In this document: in pieces, positions 39,071-51,880 of the stretch
Layout: every line of letters starts with the position of its first letter
Numbering within the stretch: position 1 is the first letter of the stretch
DNA from: Callorhinchus milii
Lineage: Eukaryota
NCBI RefSeq assembly: GCF_018977255.1
Contig: NW_024704743.1
Coordinates: 46,254,001 to 46,318,000, forward strand
Reading direction: 5' to 3'
DNA: 64,000 bases
Made by a program: the position numbers and the translations under genes
The notes under the pieces: generated by a model
Told to the model about the DNA's origin: nothing
Database searches by the model: none
The model's input: the letters and a program-made list of their open reading frames with translations, nothing else

Positions 39071-39417
39071 GCCAGCGTGGTGAGAGTGAACAGTGCATGT
39101 TGGGGAGGTGTGGTTCTGTTTTAAAGTTCCAAACCTCTTTACAGGTGGAGTGCATCGTCAAGATAGCTGATTTGATATCACTTCCTCTCTGACATACATG
39201 CAGAGTAAATTATGTCAAGATAACTGTCTTGATTATACACCTCCTTTCCTGATGCTTTGGAGGCTATTTTGATTCCATGCTTCCTTATCTTCTACTGGAG
39301 CCCATAGATACAAGAGAGAACTGCAAATATGCAGGAAGCAACTGTGCAAGTGCAAAGTGAGAGAACTGAGTGAGGTAGAAGCTATAATAATAATCATCCT
39401 TGCATTTGGTATATATT

Positions 39418-39749
39418 TGTGAGGTCCTGTAGCTCAGTGGTTAGAGCACTCGCTTTGCAAGCGAGAGACCTGAGTTCAATTCCAGGCAGAGGGCGAAACC
39501 TTGGGCAAGTTTCCTTACTCCACACGCCTAATAATAATCCTTCCAAAAAATAAAACAATAATAAATTGGTCATTTTCAATTTACGACTGTTTGTGGGACA
39601 TTGCTGTGCACAATTGGCTGCCACGTTCGCCCACAAATATACAGTCAATTCACTTTACAGTGTGTTCTGTAAAACGCTTTGGGACGTCCTCCCGACGTGA
39701 AAAGCGCTATATCAAATGCAAGGATTATTATTATTATTATTATTATTAT
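39418..39749 (+). mobile_element. tRNA-derived SINE (young) nested in an older minus-strand SINE
   Basis: Older SINE tail at 39384-39412 continues at 39750-39920. Confidence 0.92.
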
Positions 39750-41032
39750 TGCCTTATCAGATTGTGAGGATGTCTCAAAGTGCTTGACAGGATTTTACTG
39801 TGAGGTGGAGTGACTGGATTTATAGGTGAACCGGCAAAACAATTATGCACAACCATGTCCCTGAAATGAATGGCCAATTTTATTTGGGGGATTGTCAGCC
39901 AGGACACACCTTTCTCTTTGAATGTGAGAAAGTCTGAATGTAAGAGATAAATCTCCATTTGAAATAAAAGTGAGAGAATGAGGGAGGAGATAGAGGTAGT
40001 AGACAGAGGAAGTGTGTGAGAGAAGGAAGAGAGGGGAAGACAGTGAGTGAAACCGAAAATGACTAAACATGGCAGAAACAGAAAAACAAGTGAATATGTG
40101 AGAGGGGAGAGTGAGAGTGAATCAGCCACAGTGCGACAAAATCAAAGAAAACAGTGATGGAGGGGGGGCACGGCTGGTCCTGGAAGCAACATTTACCAGT
40201 AATAATAATAATTCTCATATTTGATAAAACGCTTTATTACTTCAAAAGGTCTCAAAGTGCGACACAGAGATTTCTGTGAAGTGTAGGCAAACACAGCAGC
40301 CGATTTGTGTGCAGCAAGACCTACAGGCAGCTGTGAAGTGAATGGCCAATGTGACATTTATATGCTGCGTTCTTAGCTTCTGATGTGTGCTCCTTCAAAC
40401 TTGGTTCATAATTCTGCTTTTGATAACCTCTGAGCGAGGGATAGAGTTCAAGGTAATGTTGCCACCTAGGGAGAATTCTACAGTGAAAGTGGTGCCTGGA
40501 GCTTCACTGCTCGTATTCTGTCCAGACCTGATGGATTGATGGCAAATGTTGTTGCCTCAGCAGCAGCAACAATAACTCCAAAGCTCAAAATTGCACATGG
40601 TCTTAACCTTAAGATCATTTTATCTTAAAATTTATGATTGCATAGAATTACATAAATTTCTTAAATGCAATCGTATTTTGTCAGCTGATTTTGTACAGTG
40701 CTTAAAAAGAACCGGCTTCCAAATTCAAATTGGATTTTAAAAATTCTGTATCATATTAAATATTTAATGGCCTTAATGACCATCAGACCTCTTGTGCTCT
40801 TGGAGTGAATGTTATTCCCAGTGAATTATTGAGAGCCACTGTTTTGAGAACTGAATTCCATGTGAAGAGATTCTATTTCCTTCTATATTAATAATTGTGA
40901 AAAATTTATTGGAAAAATGAAGGTATAGTCAAGATAAAATTAAACAATATTAAGAAAATATATTTGGATGGAACAAGGCCATATAATTGGAACTTATCGC
41001 AAGAATATTTAAGAGTGGAATCATAGTGGATA

Positions 41033-42090
41033 CAGTACTACCCACTTATGTTTACATATTGGGGACTGTTCAAATGTTGTTGACATAGGGAGAATGTCGG
41101 CATAAATGAACGAACAATACAGACGCACATACACTGTGTTTAAAAATTGTTGAAACATTTATTTACATGTATTCTATATCCAATACTGTAAGTACAATTG
41201 TTGTCCATTTATTTACAAATGCTTCATATACTTTGATTACAATTTCTGTACATTTATTTATGTGGATTTTCCTTAATTTATTTAATTTTTATTTTCGAGT
41301 AATCTGTTTCATATGTGAAACTTGTTCTTTTCAGATTAGAGCTCATTGTTTATCCAAATACTTTGTCTATTTCTTTTGATAGCTCCGATTGATATGTCAC
41401 ATCCTGAATATTGTCATAGTTGGTCTCTTCATCATTGTTTTCAGGTTCCTCAGAAACGTGTTGGCTGTCCTTTTGATCCTTCTATACTGAGACAATGATA
41501 TCTTCATTAGTGTGGTACACTGCTCATTTGCATCCACATGAACAGCAAGATTTATGAACTCCTCTTTTTGCAAGCCAAGAGCTTCATACAGCACCTGATT
41601 GTCGGTGTATTCCTTGGCATTATCAGATGTGAATCCATGGAAGTCATCATCATGTGGATCGCAGGAAAAAGCACACATGGAACAATTCCAAATTGTCTCT
41701 TGTTTTACCAAAGTCCAGGCTTTTTTAAAACAAAATTGCTTTGCTCCTATTAGGTTTTCTGTAAACTCTTCCTTGGCCTCATTGGATGCCAACTTTTTTA
41801 TGAGCTAAAGGTTTTCTGTAGTTGCATTTAAGATTTTGAATAAACCCTTGATCTATTGGCTGGATTAAGGACGTGCTGTTTGCAGGAAGGAACACTAATT
41901 TAATGGCTAGTAGATTATTAACATGAAATTGGGCAGATCAGTTATCGACTCATAATACTATTTTCTGACCAATTGTATAATTTTTTTTGCCATCCAGGCT
42001 TTGGGGTTGGCCTCAGAATTGACTGGGTGATGTGTTATGTTTTTGAAGCATTGCGTCTTTTTTGACTTTCCTGTCATGAGAAGTTGTAGT
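41033..42090 (-). mobile_element. Decayed Tigger/pogo DNA transposon (DDE transposase remnant)
   Basis: Minus strand gives CFKNITHHPVNSEANPKAWM and [31 protein letters not shown] (pogo DDE_1 motifs); TA-CAGTA terminus at 41031-41037; frameshifted. Confidence 0.85.
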
Positions 42091-44299
42091 TCCAGTTCCA
42101 GTCATGTTGGCAGTGACCATAATCAAAACACAATCCCCCAGTTGTCCCATAATGCAATAAGTTTTGTCTGGGGTGCACTTAAAATACAAGGCAGTATTTT
42201 AAATTCAAATTTTGCACTTAAATTTAAGGATTATTAAGGCAGTATCGCTCATGTAAAGAATACAGTCCAAAGTGTAGTCCTGCCGAATTTAGTTCCTAGA
42301 AAATTAGTCAGTAAAAGTCAAAATCTTCAAATCCATTCACATATTCCTCTTCACTCCATGAAATATTCGGGAGGGAAGTAATTTCTTAAAAGGAAAATGT
42401 GTGTGTTTGGTATCAGTATTGCACTTTTCAGTATTGATTCAAGTTCAGTCCACTTTAGGAGGTACTTAGACATTCTTTCTCAACCTAGTTAGAGGTAAGA
42501 TTCCCAGTAAATCTGGAACCTTACCAATATAAAGTGCTTTTTCCCAGCCCTCATGCCTAAAAGCTTGGGAGACTGTTCCCCAACATACTCTCTGAGGAAT
42601 GCACAAGTCTATGCACCTTTATGTAATGATCAAAACATCTCTTATAGATATCACGAATTTGTAAAATATATTTAATTCCCTTTTGTATTTGTGTTTTTGT
42701 TGTAGATTGAATTTTTTTGTTTGTGAGATGGCAGTCTTTCTTGTATATTATCTAATCCAATCTCTGGTGTTGCTTTGTACTATAGAATCATTCACCTAAT
42801 ACTATTAAGCCATAAGCACGTATGACAATAGTCTCAACCAATATTGTGTTGAAGCTGAGATTTATGTGACTCAACACAAAGTAATTCAGTTGAGTCCTGT
42901 TAAATGTGGGATGAACCAGGCAACTGCGAAGCAAGAGCTGTGTGAAATGGGTGAAAATGTGAATTGTCTGCTTCAATTGGGATTGCTGTATGGATTATTT
43001 CCTAGTCTGTAATACTGTATGAAAACAAAATGTGCGTTCCTAATAATAGGAATAAGCAGGACCGGAGGAGACAATTGTGGTATCCATCTGGCCAGTTCTA
43101 ATGTATGTAGATGTTGAGTGACGACTTAGTGTAGTGAATTATTCCTTACAAGATAGTTACCTAATGTATAATGGTGTCAGTCATTCATGGTTTGGAAGAA
43201 TTCTGGATGATAACAATGCCTGAATGATAACTGGGAAATAAATGGTTTGCAATATACAGAATTTCAAAGGGAAACACAATCTTAATATGCACCAAGAAAT
43301 GTTTTTTTTAAGAAGACTGTGAAGTTTAATAGAACACCAGTGTGAACAAATATCTAATCATAATTTTGCCTGTGGGGCAATTTATTCAAATTTAAAAATG
43401 AGTGTTCTGAATGTAATGAATTGAAGATATTATCCTGAGAGTTGTCACAAGGATAAAGTAATTGTTGAATATATAAGTAAGAATAAAATTAATACTATAT
43501 ACTGTTTACAGCACTTCTAAATGTCTTCTTTTTTCTCTCAAGTAAGGTATTAATTTCATATACTGGATTTGGTTTAATATCAAAATAAAATTAATTATAC
43601 CTGGACTAAATAACATTTTAAATTTGTTCACTGTATAATGTGTCATTAATAAATGACCATTTTTCAGTTATTTGCTGGTACTGCAAAGTTATCTAGATCA
43701 CTCAGTCTAAAAAACATCCCAACTCTCTTGTTGCCCTGACTGCTATATTGTCAGGCTTCATTAACCTTTCCCTGTAAAATGAACCTGAGGAATATCTTCT
43801 GATGTCCCCCTTTCATTTACTTTTTCTTTGAGCACTAGTAAAGATCATTTATTCAGTAAAGACTCTTGATTTCTCTTACTGAGATCTAAGATGCAATGAT
43901 CTCAAACCAGAATGATTGCATTAATTGTAACTTCTGCTTTGAGAAAATTAGAAAGCAAAAATTCCAGATACCTTTTTGTATTTTAATTCTTCACATCTTT
44001 AAATATAATTCTTTATTTCACACTAAAAGTACTCGGCTTCAATAGCAACTTGCAGGAACTTGGTCCACATCTCAACAATTCTTTGCGGGTAAAAAAAACA
44101 CTTGTGACCTTTGTGGTCGCAGGACTGATCTTCAGGTTACCCCCCATTCTTGCTGGTTGATTAAACAGTAAATTTGACCTCCTTAACCCCTGTCATTATT
44201 TACTTTCCTCCTAGTTGAGACATGGCTCTGTGATTCCGATTGCATTGTATTTCTCAATTTGGAAAGTATTTCAAATAAAGTAGGGACTGTAAGATCATC

Positions 44300-44616
44300 T
44301 TCTTGAAGCAATATTCCACAAACAGCCATGAAGCGAATGACCAAATTTATTTGGGGGATCATTGGCCAGGACATCAGGAGAAACTCCCTTCCCTTTTCAA
44401 ATACTGCCATGGGATCTTTAACGTAATTTGAACAGGCAGACAGGACCACAGTTTAACGCCTCATCTTAAAGATGGCAAGTTCAACAATACAGCACACCCG
44501 CAACACTCTATTGAAGTTTCAGCCTAAACTATATGTCTTCTAAGTCCTGATGTGGAACCTGAAGCCACAACCTTCAGATTTAGAGGTGAGAGTGCTAAAA
44601 CTGAGGCAGGCTGACA
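44300..44616 (-). mobile_element. Deu-domain SINE, tail missing
   Basis: GGCCAGGACATCAGGAGAAACTCC..GTTTAACGCCTCATC..GAGAGTGCTAAAACTGAG. Confidence 0.8.
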
Positions 44617-47600
44617 TACAGATACATCAAGGGGTTGGGAAACTCATATCTATTTTCAAGGTAATGTTTTTTTTCTTGAATTGTAAAGTTAAAAGCAGCA
44701 GAGTTTGCAAGAGGAGGTGGTAGATTTTAGCTTGGCCACAAGGAAACCATCATCACGATCTGTTTATAATCATATATGGAGGAAGTTTTCTCTCTGGTGC
44801 CAAGACCGCTGCTAGGATACTGTGCGGTGTGAAATTCCATTGAGTTTGGAATAGGGAGACAGTCTGGAAGAGTTTGGACTTGCGCCCAGTTCAGTCAAAA
44901 CACACATAAAAAATGTCAATTTCAGTTTTCATTGCCACACTGCAAGGTAATCCTTTCGGAGTTCATCTCATCCTATTAATGTTTATTAAGGAGATTGGGA
45001 CATAACTGTATCTCTTGACTGGCCTTTTCCCAACAGTGGGAGCTAAACCTGGTTTCTCAGAAGCCCACTTGTTGCTCTGTGGTTGACCTTTTCACTGAAT
45101 GGTGGTGACTCTGTTGGCCTTCCCACAGTGCTTGGTCGGGTCCATCTGCTGTAACAGCAGCTTTTTTTTAAACTTACTGACATTTTTCTTATTCTTATTT
45201 ACATATTTAGGAAATTTGTGTTCTTTCATCAAGCACTCCTTTTGTTAATGATCCAAGGAGTATGTTATAAAAAATTGCAACTTTCATTGCTTAATTATCA
45301 GCGACATTAACTGACCTGTCATTCAGGCACAGATCGCTGCTCCTGGGATGGACAGCTTCTGTGGCCACCATGTTAAATCCCTTCCCACCTTCCCTCCCTC
45401 CAGTCTTGGAGCTATTCATAAGTCTGAGAGAATTCCCGATTTTAAACTTAGTTTGGTGGCCTAAAAGGCTGCGTTTGCCTCAGGTCAGGAAATTCACTTG
45501 GTAAAAGCTGTTTCCGTGCCAGTAGGTTAGAGAGAGGTTGGGCTAAAAATTCAACTCTGGGACCGGCAGTCTCAAGAGCTGTGTGAGCAATGAGCATCTT
45601 CTACTACTTTGCTCAAATTGCCACTGGCTGCACTAACCTTTGGAACTCTCTCCCGAATTCCTTCCACGTTTCCCCTTTCCTCTCTGCTTTTAAATCCTGC
45701 CTGGATATTGCACTATTAGTTGTTTCCCCCACTCCCGCTCAATTTGATTTCTTACTCAGTCTCTGTAAAGTACTTTAAGATGTTCTCCCAACATGAAATG
45801 CACTGTATAAGTGTTAGTTGTTGTCTCCATAGTTAAAGATAGAGATATTCTTCTGGAGTGAAGATAGGCAGCTCGTCCGGTCTATTAGCAGAAAGGACTT
45901 GTGTACATGTGTGTTTATTTAGTAAATTACACAGTTTAGTAATGGATCAGTAGGTGAATCGGTTTTGAAACTTGGTGCAAAGTTTAGTTCTTCAGATCTT
46001 GCAGTCCATATGTAGTGGGGCTAAAATAATCTCTGCTGACTGTAGGGTTAATCTAAAATGTTGACGAATGCAATTCTTAGCCACGGTTTACAATAAATTT
46101 AAGAGACATTGTGCACAAAATTCCCTTTATTCTGCACTTTGAGCTGCTTGAGACTATAAGAGGGTTAGAAAATGTCTGTGCTAATTTGTGCTTCAGGGGT
46201 CGTCAATGAAGATGGGATTGACTTGATCCCAGGGTGTGTAGCATTGCATACTCATTCTTCAGTATATCTCTTACCAGATGTACAGTGAAACAATGGCCCA
46301 TTGTCTAATACAGACAGTCTTTATCTCTCTGTCGATTTATGGGCATGAATCTGTGTATCAATCTGTTTGTCTATACATTTGTGTATTAGTCGATCTTTCA
46401 CTGTCTTCTATGAAATGCAAATGCAAAAAGTTCAAAAAATAAAAGATATTCTAGCTACGAGCTCTCTTTGCTTTTAAATAATTCATAATAGGAAATGTAT
46501 ATCTTAATCTGGAGTTCTATAATGTAAGATTGAATTCTAACCCTCCAATTTTCCCTTGCTGAAAAGTTGCAAAACCTTACTGACACCTACTTTCTCTCCT
46601 TTCTTCCTTAATGCTGGCTTTGCTCCATTCCACGGCTGTCTCCATAGCAACCCCCCTTTGTGGATACAATAACAGAAATCTGAGGCAGCTGCCTGCCGGC
46701 AAAGCAATGCCATGGTTTTGCTGCCAGGACTCTGACCGGAGCTAATCCCAGTGCTCTCACTGCATTCCAGACAAGGTGTATGCTGCAATTGGACGAGGAA
46801 TGCAGAATGAGACTAGCCGCTAAAACATCTGGAGCCTATCTCAGACAAGGCCCCAGCACCACAGGGACCAGAACATTTGCATGTTTGTCAGACAGACGCA
46901 AGATCCTTCTGGTTACGTCAGGCTATAGTAATCTGTCTTTCTAAAACTGAATGTTCGGAGACTTATGTTAAACTGGAAGTTTCAGTATGATAAATAGCTC
47001 TTTTATTTCCATGAATTTGATGCAGAAGATCATGGTCTGGTAAAGCGTAATGTCTGATAACAACAACATGTGGAAAAAAAGCACTATAAACGTTTGGGTT
47101 TAGTCCTGTTTGTACTCGCTTTCTCTTCTAACCCCCCTCCACTACCATCTAACATTCAAGGTGATGACACATGTTAAGGTACGGTTCTACAGTTCCTCCA
47201 ATTACCTCAGCTAAGTGGCTAGTCTTCATGTCTGAGCCGAGTAGGGTATTATACATGAGCTCACAAAAAGACTTGTATGTAAACAGCTAAAGGAGGTTCC
47301 TTGTACCTGGCAGATCATAATTTAGCCTCCCTCCCCCCACTCCCCACAATTAGTGCCCAGCATCACAGCCAAATCCAAGTTTACCTTCACCTGATATTCT
47401 CATTATAAGGTGGTCATTGGGTCCATCCCAGATTGACGCTAACCTCCTTCAATTCGACCGACCCAGCCACACCCTTCACTCAGTGAGCCTGCTTCTTATC
47501 TCCCATCCTATCCACACCCACTTCGCTCCCACCCCAGCTCGGGTGCAAATGCAGCACTGTGAATGTGCTTTGAGACATCCTCTCAACATGAAAATCTATG

Positions 47601-48502
47601 GTCACCTTTCCCTCTTCCCTCCCCTTGCTTTGCTTCCGACCCCCTGTCTTTGTAAAAAGCTCTGAAATGTTATCCAACACAAAGGTCACTTGTAAATGTA
47701 AGTCGTTGTTGATTTACAAAGTAGGAGTACGAATTACAGGGATATGTTTTTCTTTCTGGTAACTGGGGAGTTTACAACTTATGGCAGCGGTAAACAATGC
47801 CAAATTGCTTAGATAGTTCTCAATTGACCTGAGATCAAACATGCAATTTATAACAGGATGCTTGGGATGAGGAGAACCATGGCTGATTATTTTTTCCTTC
47901 CTTTGTTCAAATACACTGAGGCCAACAGTAGTTGACATTAGCTAACCATGACCAGGATCTTCTAGGTCGGTTTCACATTGAGCTGTGCATTAGGGGTACT
48001 CTAGAAATCTTTGATTTTGTACATGAGCAGGTCCCCAGATTTTCATTCTGCCTCTAGAAGGCCTATTGAAATAGGACACCAGAGGAAGTAGGCAGAATAT
48101 ATCAGAATAATTACGATTACTTAGAAAAAAAAGATTCCCCCAAGCGTTTGCTCTTTTCATCTGCTCTTTCGGTCGATTACTCGTTCTTCTCACCCTCTAA
48201 GCTATTCCATGCTGGTCAAAACTTCAGCCACTGTACCCCAAAACTCTGCAATTCTCTCCCCAAATCTAATAATAATAATAATAATTCTCTCCCAAAATCC
48301 CCTTGCATGGAATTTTTCCCCTTTTTAAAGCCTCTTAAAAACCTCTCTTCAACAATGCCTTTACAATAATTCAATCCTTACATTTGGTACAGTAATTTCA
48401 TGTCTTGAAACACATCACAGGTTATATTGTTTGATTGACGGTGTTTTGTGAACTCCCTCTCATTTCCTAGTTCCTCGGTGATGCCCATCATTGTTTTATA
48501 TT

Positions 48503-48866
48503 AATAACAGTAATCCTTGCATTTGATATAACGCCATACCATGTTTTGAGACATCTCAAAGCACTTCACTGAATATGCTGTAAAGTGAATTAACTGTATA
48601 TTTTGTGGGCAAAGCATGGAAGTCAATTGCGCCCAGTAGTGTCCCACAAACAGTCGTGGATAGAGAGACTAAATTATTATTTTTTAAAGGCATCATTAAT
48701 CCCAGAAAAGCCATCCGTCAATCGACTAACAACCGGGTTCCAACTTATTATTAGGTAAACAGAGACGTGTGTGAGTAAGGAAACTTGCCCAACATTTCAC
48801 CCTACCCGGAAATCGAACTCAGATCCTCTCGCTTGCGAGGTGAGTGCTCTAACCACTGAGCGACAG
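48503..48866 (-). mobile_element. tRNA-derived SINE, long subfamily
   Basis: Near full-length match including the internal block. Confidence 0.9.
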
Positions 48867-50751
48867 AACAAAACACTGAGTTTTGAAGTGTGTCCGGACA
48901 TTCATTCTTCCTGAAAGGTGTTATGTAAGTTTTTTTTCAAATTGGTTGTGTCATTTCATTCATTCTGCCCCCCTCCCACCAATCCCACAGTGTCCTGTTG
49001 CCACTTACCTTCTCTGGACAGAATGAAGATCTGCTTGTGAGCCTCTGTTGTGATCAACCCAGGTTCTGCCCAGCAGTTCCCCTCACCCCATAGTGATGTG
49101 GCTGAGATCAAGAGCACATCATATGGGGAATGGCAGGTGCAAAGTCTCACCCAACACTAAACAAACAACAGCATCAAGAAACACACATTTTTGTTGCTGG
49201 AGGACAGGGCTCCAGTCATAACCTCTAACCGCATAAACAAAGCCATACTGTCCCAGGATTTGGTGTAATGGTAGTGTTCAGCCATTTTCAACACTAACAT
49301 AAAGGTACTTTATTGAGCACACAGCAGCATGTGGTGATGATATAACAGTAAGGGAAGCCAGCTTCCTAGCCTCATCCTCTTCAGACTCAATTTAGATGTA
49401 AATCTTTTTACTGTTTATAAAATCCTAAAGCTTCACCCCCAGTCTACTGTCAACTCCAGCTATATATGGGGCCTGTTGGTCTGAACAATTGGAGGGCTGC
49501 TATTTCTGACCATTAGATGTTCAGTGTTCCAATGCGCTACCCCCCATGATGGGCCCTGTATAAATGCAAGTTGTTGTACATCAGTGGTGGCAAAACTTTA
49601 CTGTCACCAACAAAATAAATTTTCTTGATTGAATATTTCTTGATTTATGCCAAACTAAAACTCACTACCGATTGAACACAAACTTACCTAAACTAGCGTG
49701 AATGTTCGAGGGCACTTCTTGATGGTCCTGTGCACCACTTCCAGCCCATGGGTAGATGGTACTGTGCTCAGAGGTCACTGCGTTGTCTTGGACTAGGCAA
49801 GGATGCAGGTTACTTGGATGTGTGTGGTAATTTTAGGTAAAATTGGTCAGTTACTTCATGACTGTTTGTGGAATGCTCCTTTGCGACAATTGATTCCTGT
49901 GTATACAGTCGCAGCAATTTGCAGTAACTTCTGTGAAGCACTTTGAGACATTTCGACAATGTGATAAGGCACTGTAATCAAATGCAAGAACTATTATTAT
50001 TTATTGTTATTGGGCCTGCCATTGTTGGGGCTCAATCGCTGATAACACATGCTGCTCCTGCTCGACAGGTCAATCATCCTCCAGTGGCCTTGAATTATTT
50101 TTCTTTCCTTTCCCTCCCCCATGGCAGCACTCTCTACGAGCATCAAAATATATGCTGTGCATTAAGAAATAGACAACTGTATAAAGGACTGCTTGATGCT
50201 ATAATTACAACATTGTAGTAGANTTTTTTTCACTGCTTTTCCAAACAGCAGTAAACCCACCCCAGGGCTCTTAAAAAACTTCCCAGGTTGATAATGCTTG
50301 CGCTGCAAACCTATTTGGAGACTTTAAGTTGAGCAACTATTTCTATGAACATAATAAAGTTGTCTATTCAGGTTTCTCCAGATCAAATTATTCCCCGAAT
50401 AGCACCTCGCCCCTTCAATTGACAATGGGAGGAAGCGACACCAGGTGAAGCACAGCTTGTCCCTCATGGGATGTGGTCTGAAGCAAGCCTTACTCTGCAA
50501 CTTCATTTCCCAGAAACTAAAAGTTTTCCCATATCTCCTCCCATTTCAAAAACAGTCACGTGTTGCTTATTTATCCGTTTCAAATATTAAACCAGATGTG
50601 ATGTATTGGCCACAATTTCTCTCCTTGGCAGGGATTGCCTGAACCTTACACTTACTGTTTACAACTTCTCAATAAGATATAGTATTCAGTAATTGTGCTG
50701 GTGACAGAAGATCTTTACTGTGATAATCTTTGCCTTTTATCCTTTCACAAG

Positions 50752-50820
50752 GCAGCTCCAAATCAGAGCTGTGCTGGCAAAGATATTGATGTGGGTTAAG
50801 GCGCTATTCTGCTCCATTTG
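50752..50820 (+). other. Candidate 69-nt cassette exon, gene unknown
   Basis: Acceptor CTTTGCCTTTTATCCTTTCACAAG, donor TTG|GTGAGT, length divisible by 3, one open frame (QLQIRAVLAKILMWVKALFCSI); no recognised homolog. Confidence 0.3.
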
Positions 50821-51654
50821 GTGAGTTTAGTGAATTTGTACCTTTGCTCTTATAAATAAATGTATGCAATTTAAAATTATAAATAAGCTGAAATAAGATC
50901 AGAGCAGAATGTTCCTCACACCCTTTAAGCCCTGAGACTAATCCCCTTGAATGCCTGGTGGTTAAAGGCAGTGCCTGGTGTATCCCTAATTCATTCAGTC
51001 ACTGGGGGCGGGAGTCATCCCATTCAGCTCCTGTTAATCCTGCAAGCCAAAGTCCTTACAGGTAGGGTGGTCCAAGCTGGACAAGCAGCAGGAAAGCTTG
51101 CCGGACAGCAATATCAATGGCAAGCTATGCGTTTTTAGCTGGTTAGAATCAAGCAGTACCCCAACGCACACTCTGGGTTCACCAAACCATGGCTCTTGCA
51201 ACCTGCACCTAATACTTATTGGAATTAGGTAAACAGGATGGTTCCTTCCAGGGAGAAAGTGCGCATTCCATTCCAACAATCTATCTCTGGGATTTCCATG
51301 TGTATGTGGGATGCATGGAAATCTCAGCTTGGTTTGGATATTCTTAAGTATGGTGATGGGTTTCCACATGTGTCAGACGTGACCTGGCTGACCAAAAAAT
51401 ATCCAGGTCAGAAGGTCGCAGATTAAATTCCTACTCGGTGCTGAATTATTTGGAGTGTTACAATTGACTTACTTTAGGAGTAGCAAAACTGCAAGGATTC
51501 TTATGTCTGATTCATTGACCATTGCTGGAAAATGTGCGTAGTGGCTATTGAGTGACAACATGGTTAACAACAAAATCAACAACAAAATTACATTTGTATA
51601 GTGCCTTTCACGTCGGGAGGACTTCCCAAGGTGCTGAAACATGATTCTATTAAC

Positions 51655-51880
51655 ACAGAATCGTAGAATCCTATACCACAGAAGTAGACCATTTGGCCCA
51701 CCGTGCCTGTGCCGTCTCTTTGAAAGCGCTATCCAATTAGTCCCACTCCCCCACTCCTTCCCGTTGAAAATGTTTCCTTTTCAAGTATATATCCGATTTG
51801 CTTTTGAAAGTCATTATTGAATCTGCTTCCACCACTCTTTCAGGCAGTATATTCCAGATCGTAACAATTCCCTGCATAAA
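51655..51880 (-). mobile_element. CR1 3' end
   Basis: IVTIWNILPERVVEADSIMTFKSKSDIYL plus 3' UTR with ATTCTA-type repeats. Confidence 0.85.

Noticed and set aside
39418..39495. Functional tRNA-Ala/Val genes
   Set aside because: Every tRNA-like head runs into the same SINE body, and individual copies have broken stems, so these are SINE heads.
41397..41792. Domesticated TIGD/pogo gene
   Set aside because: Transposase motifs are split across frames with stops, so it is a decayed transposon.
50223..50223. Single N base
   Set aside because: Assembly ambiguity next to a poly-T run, not biological.
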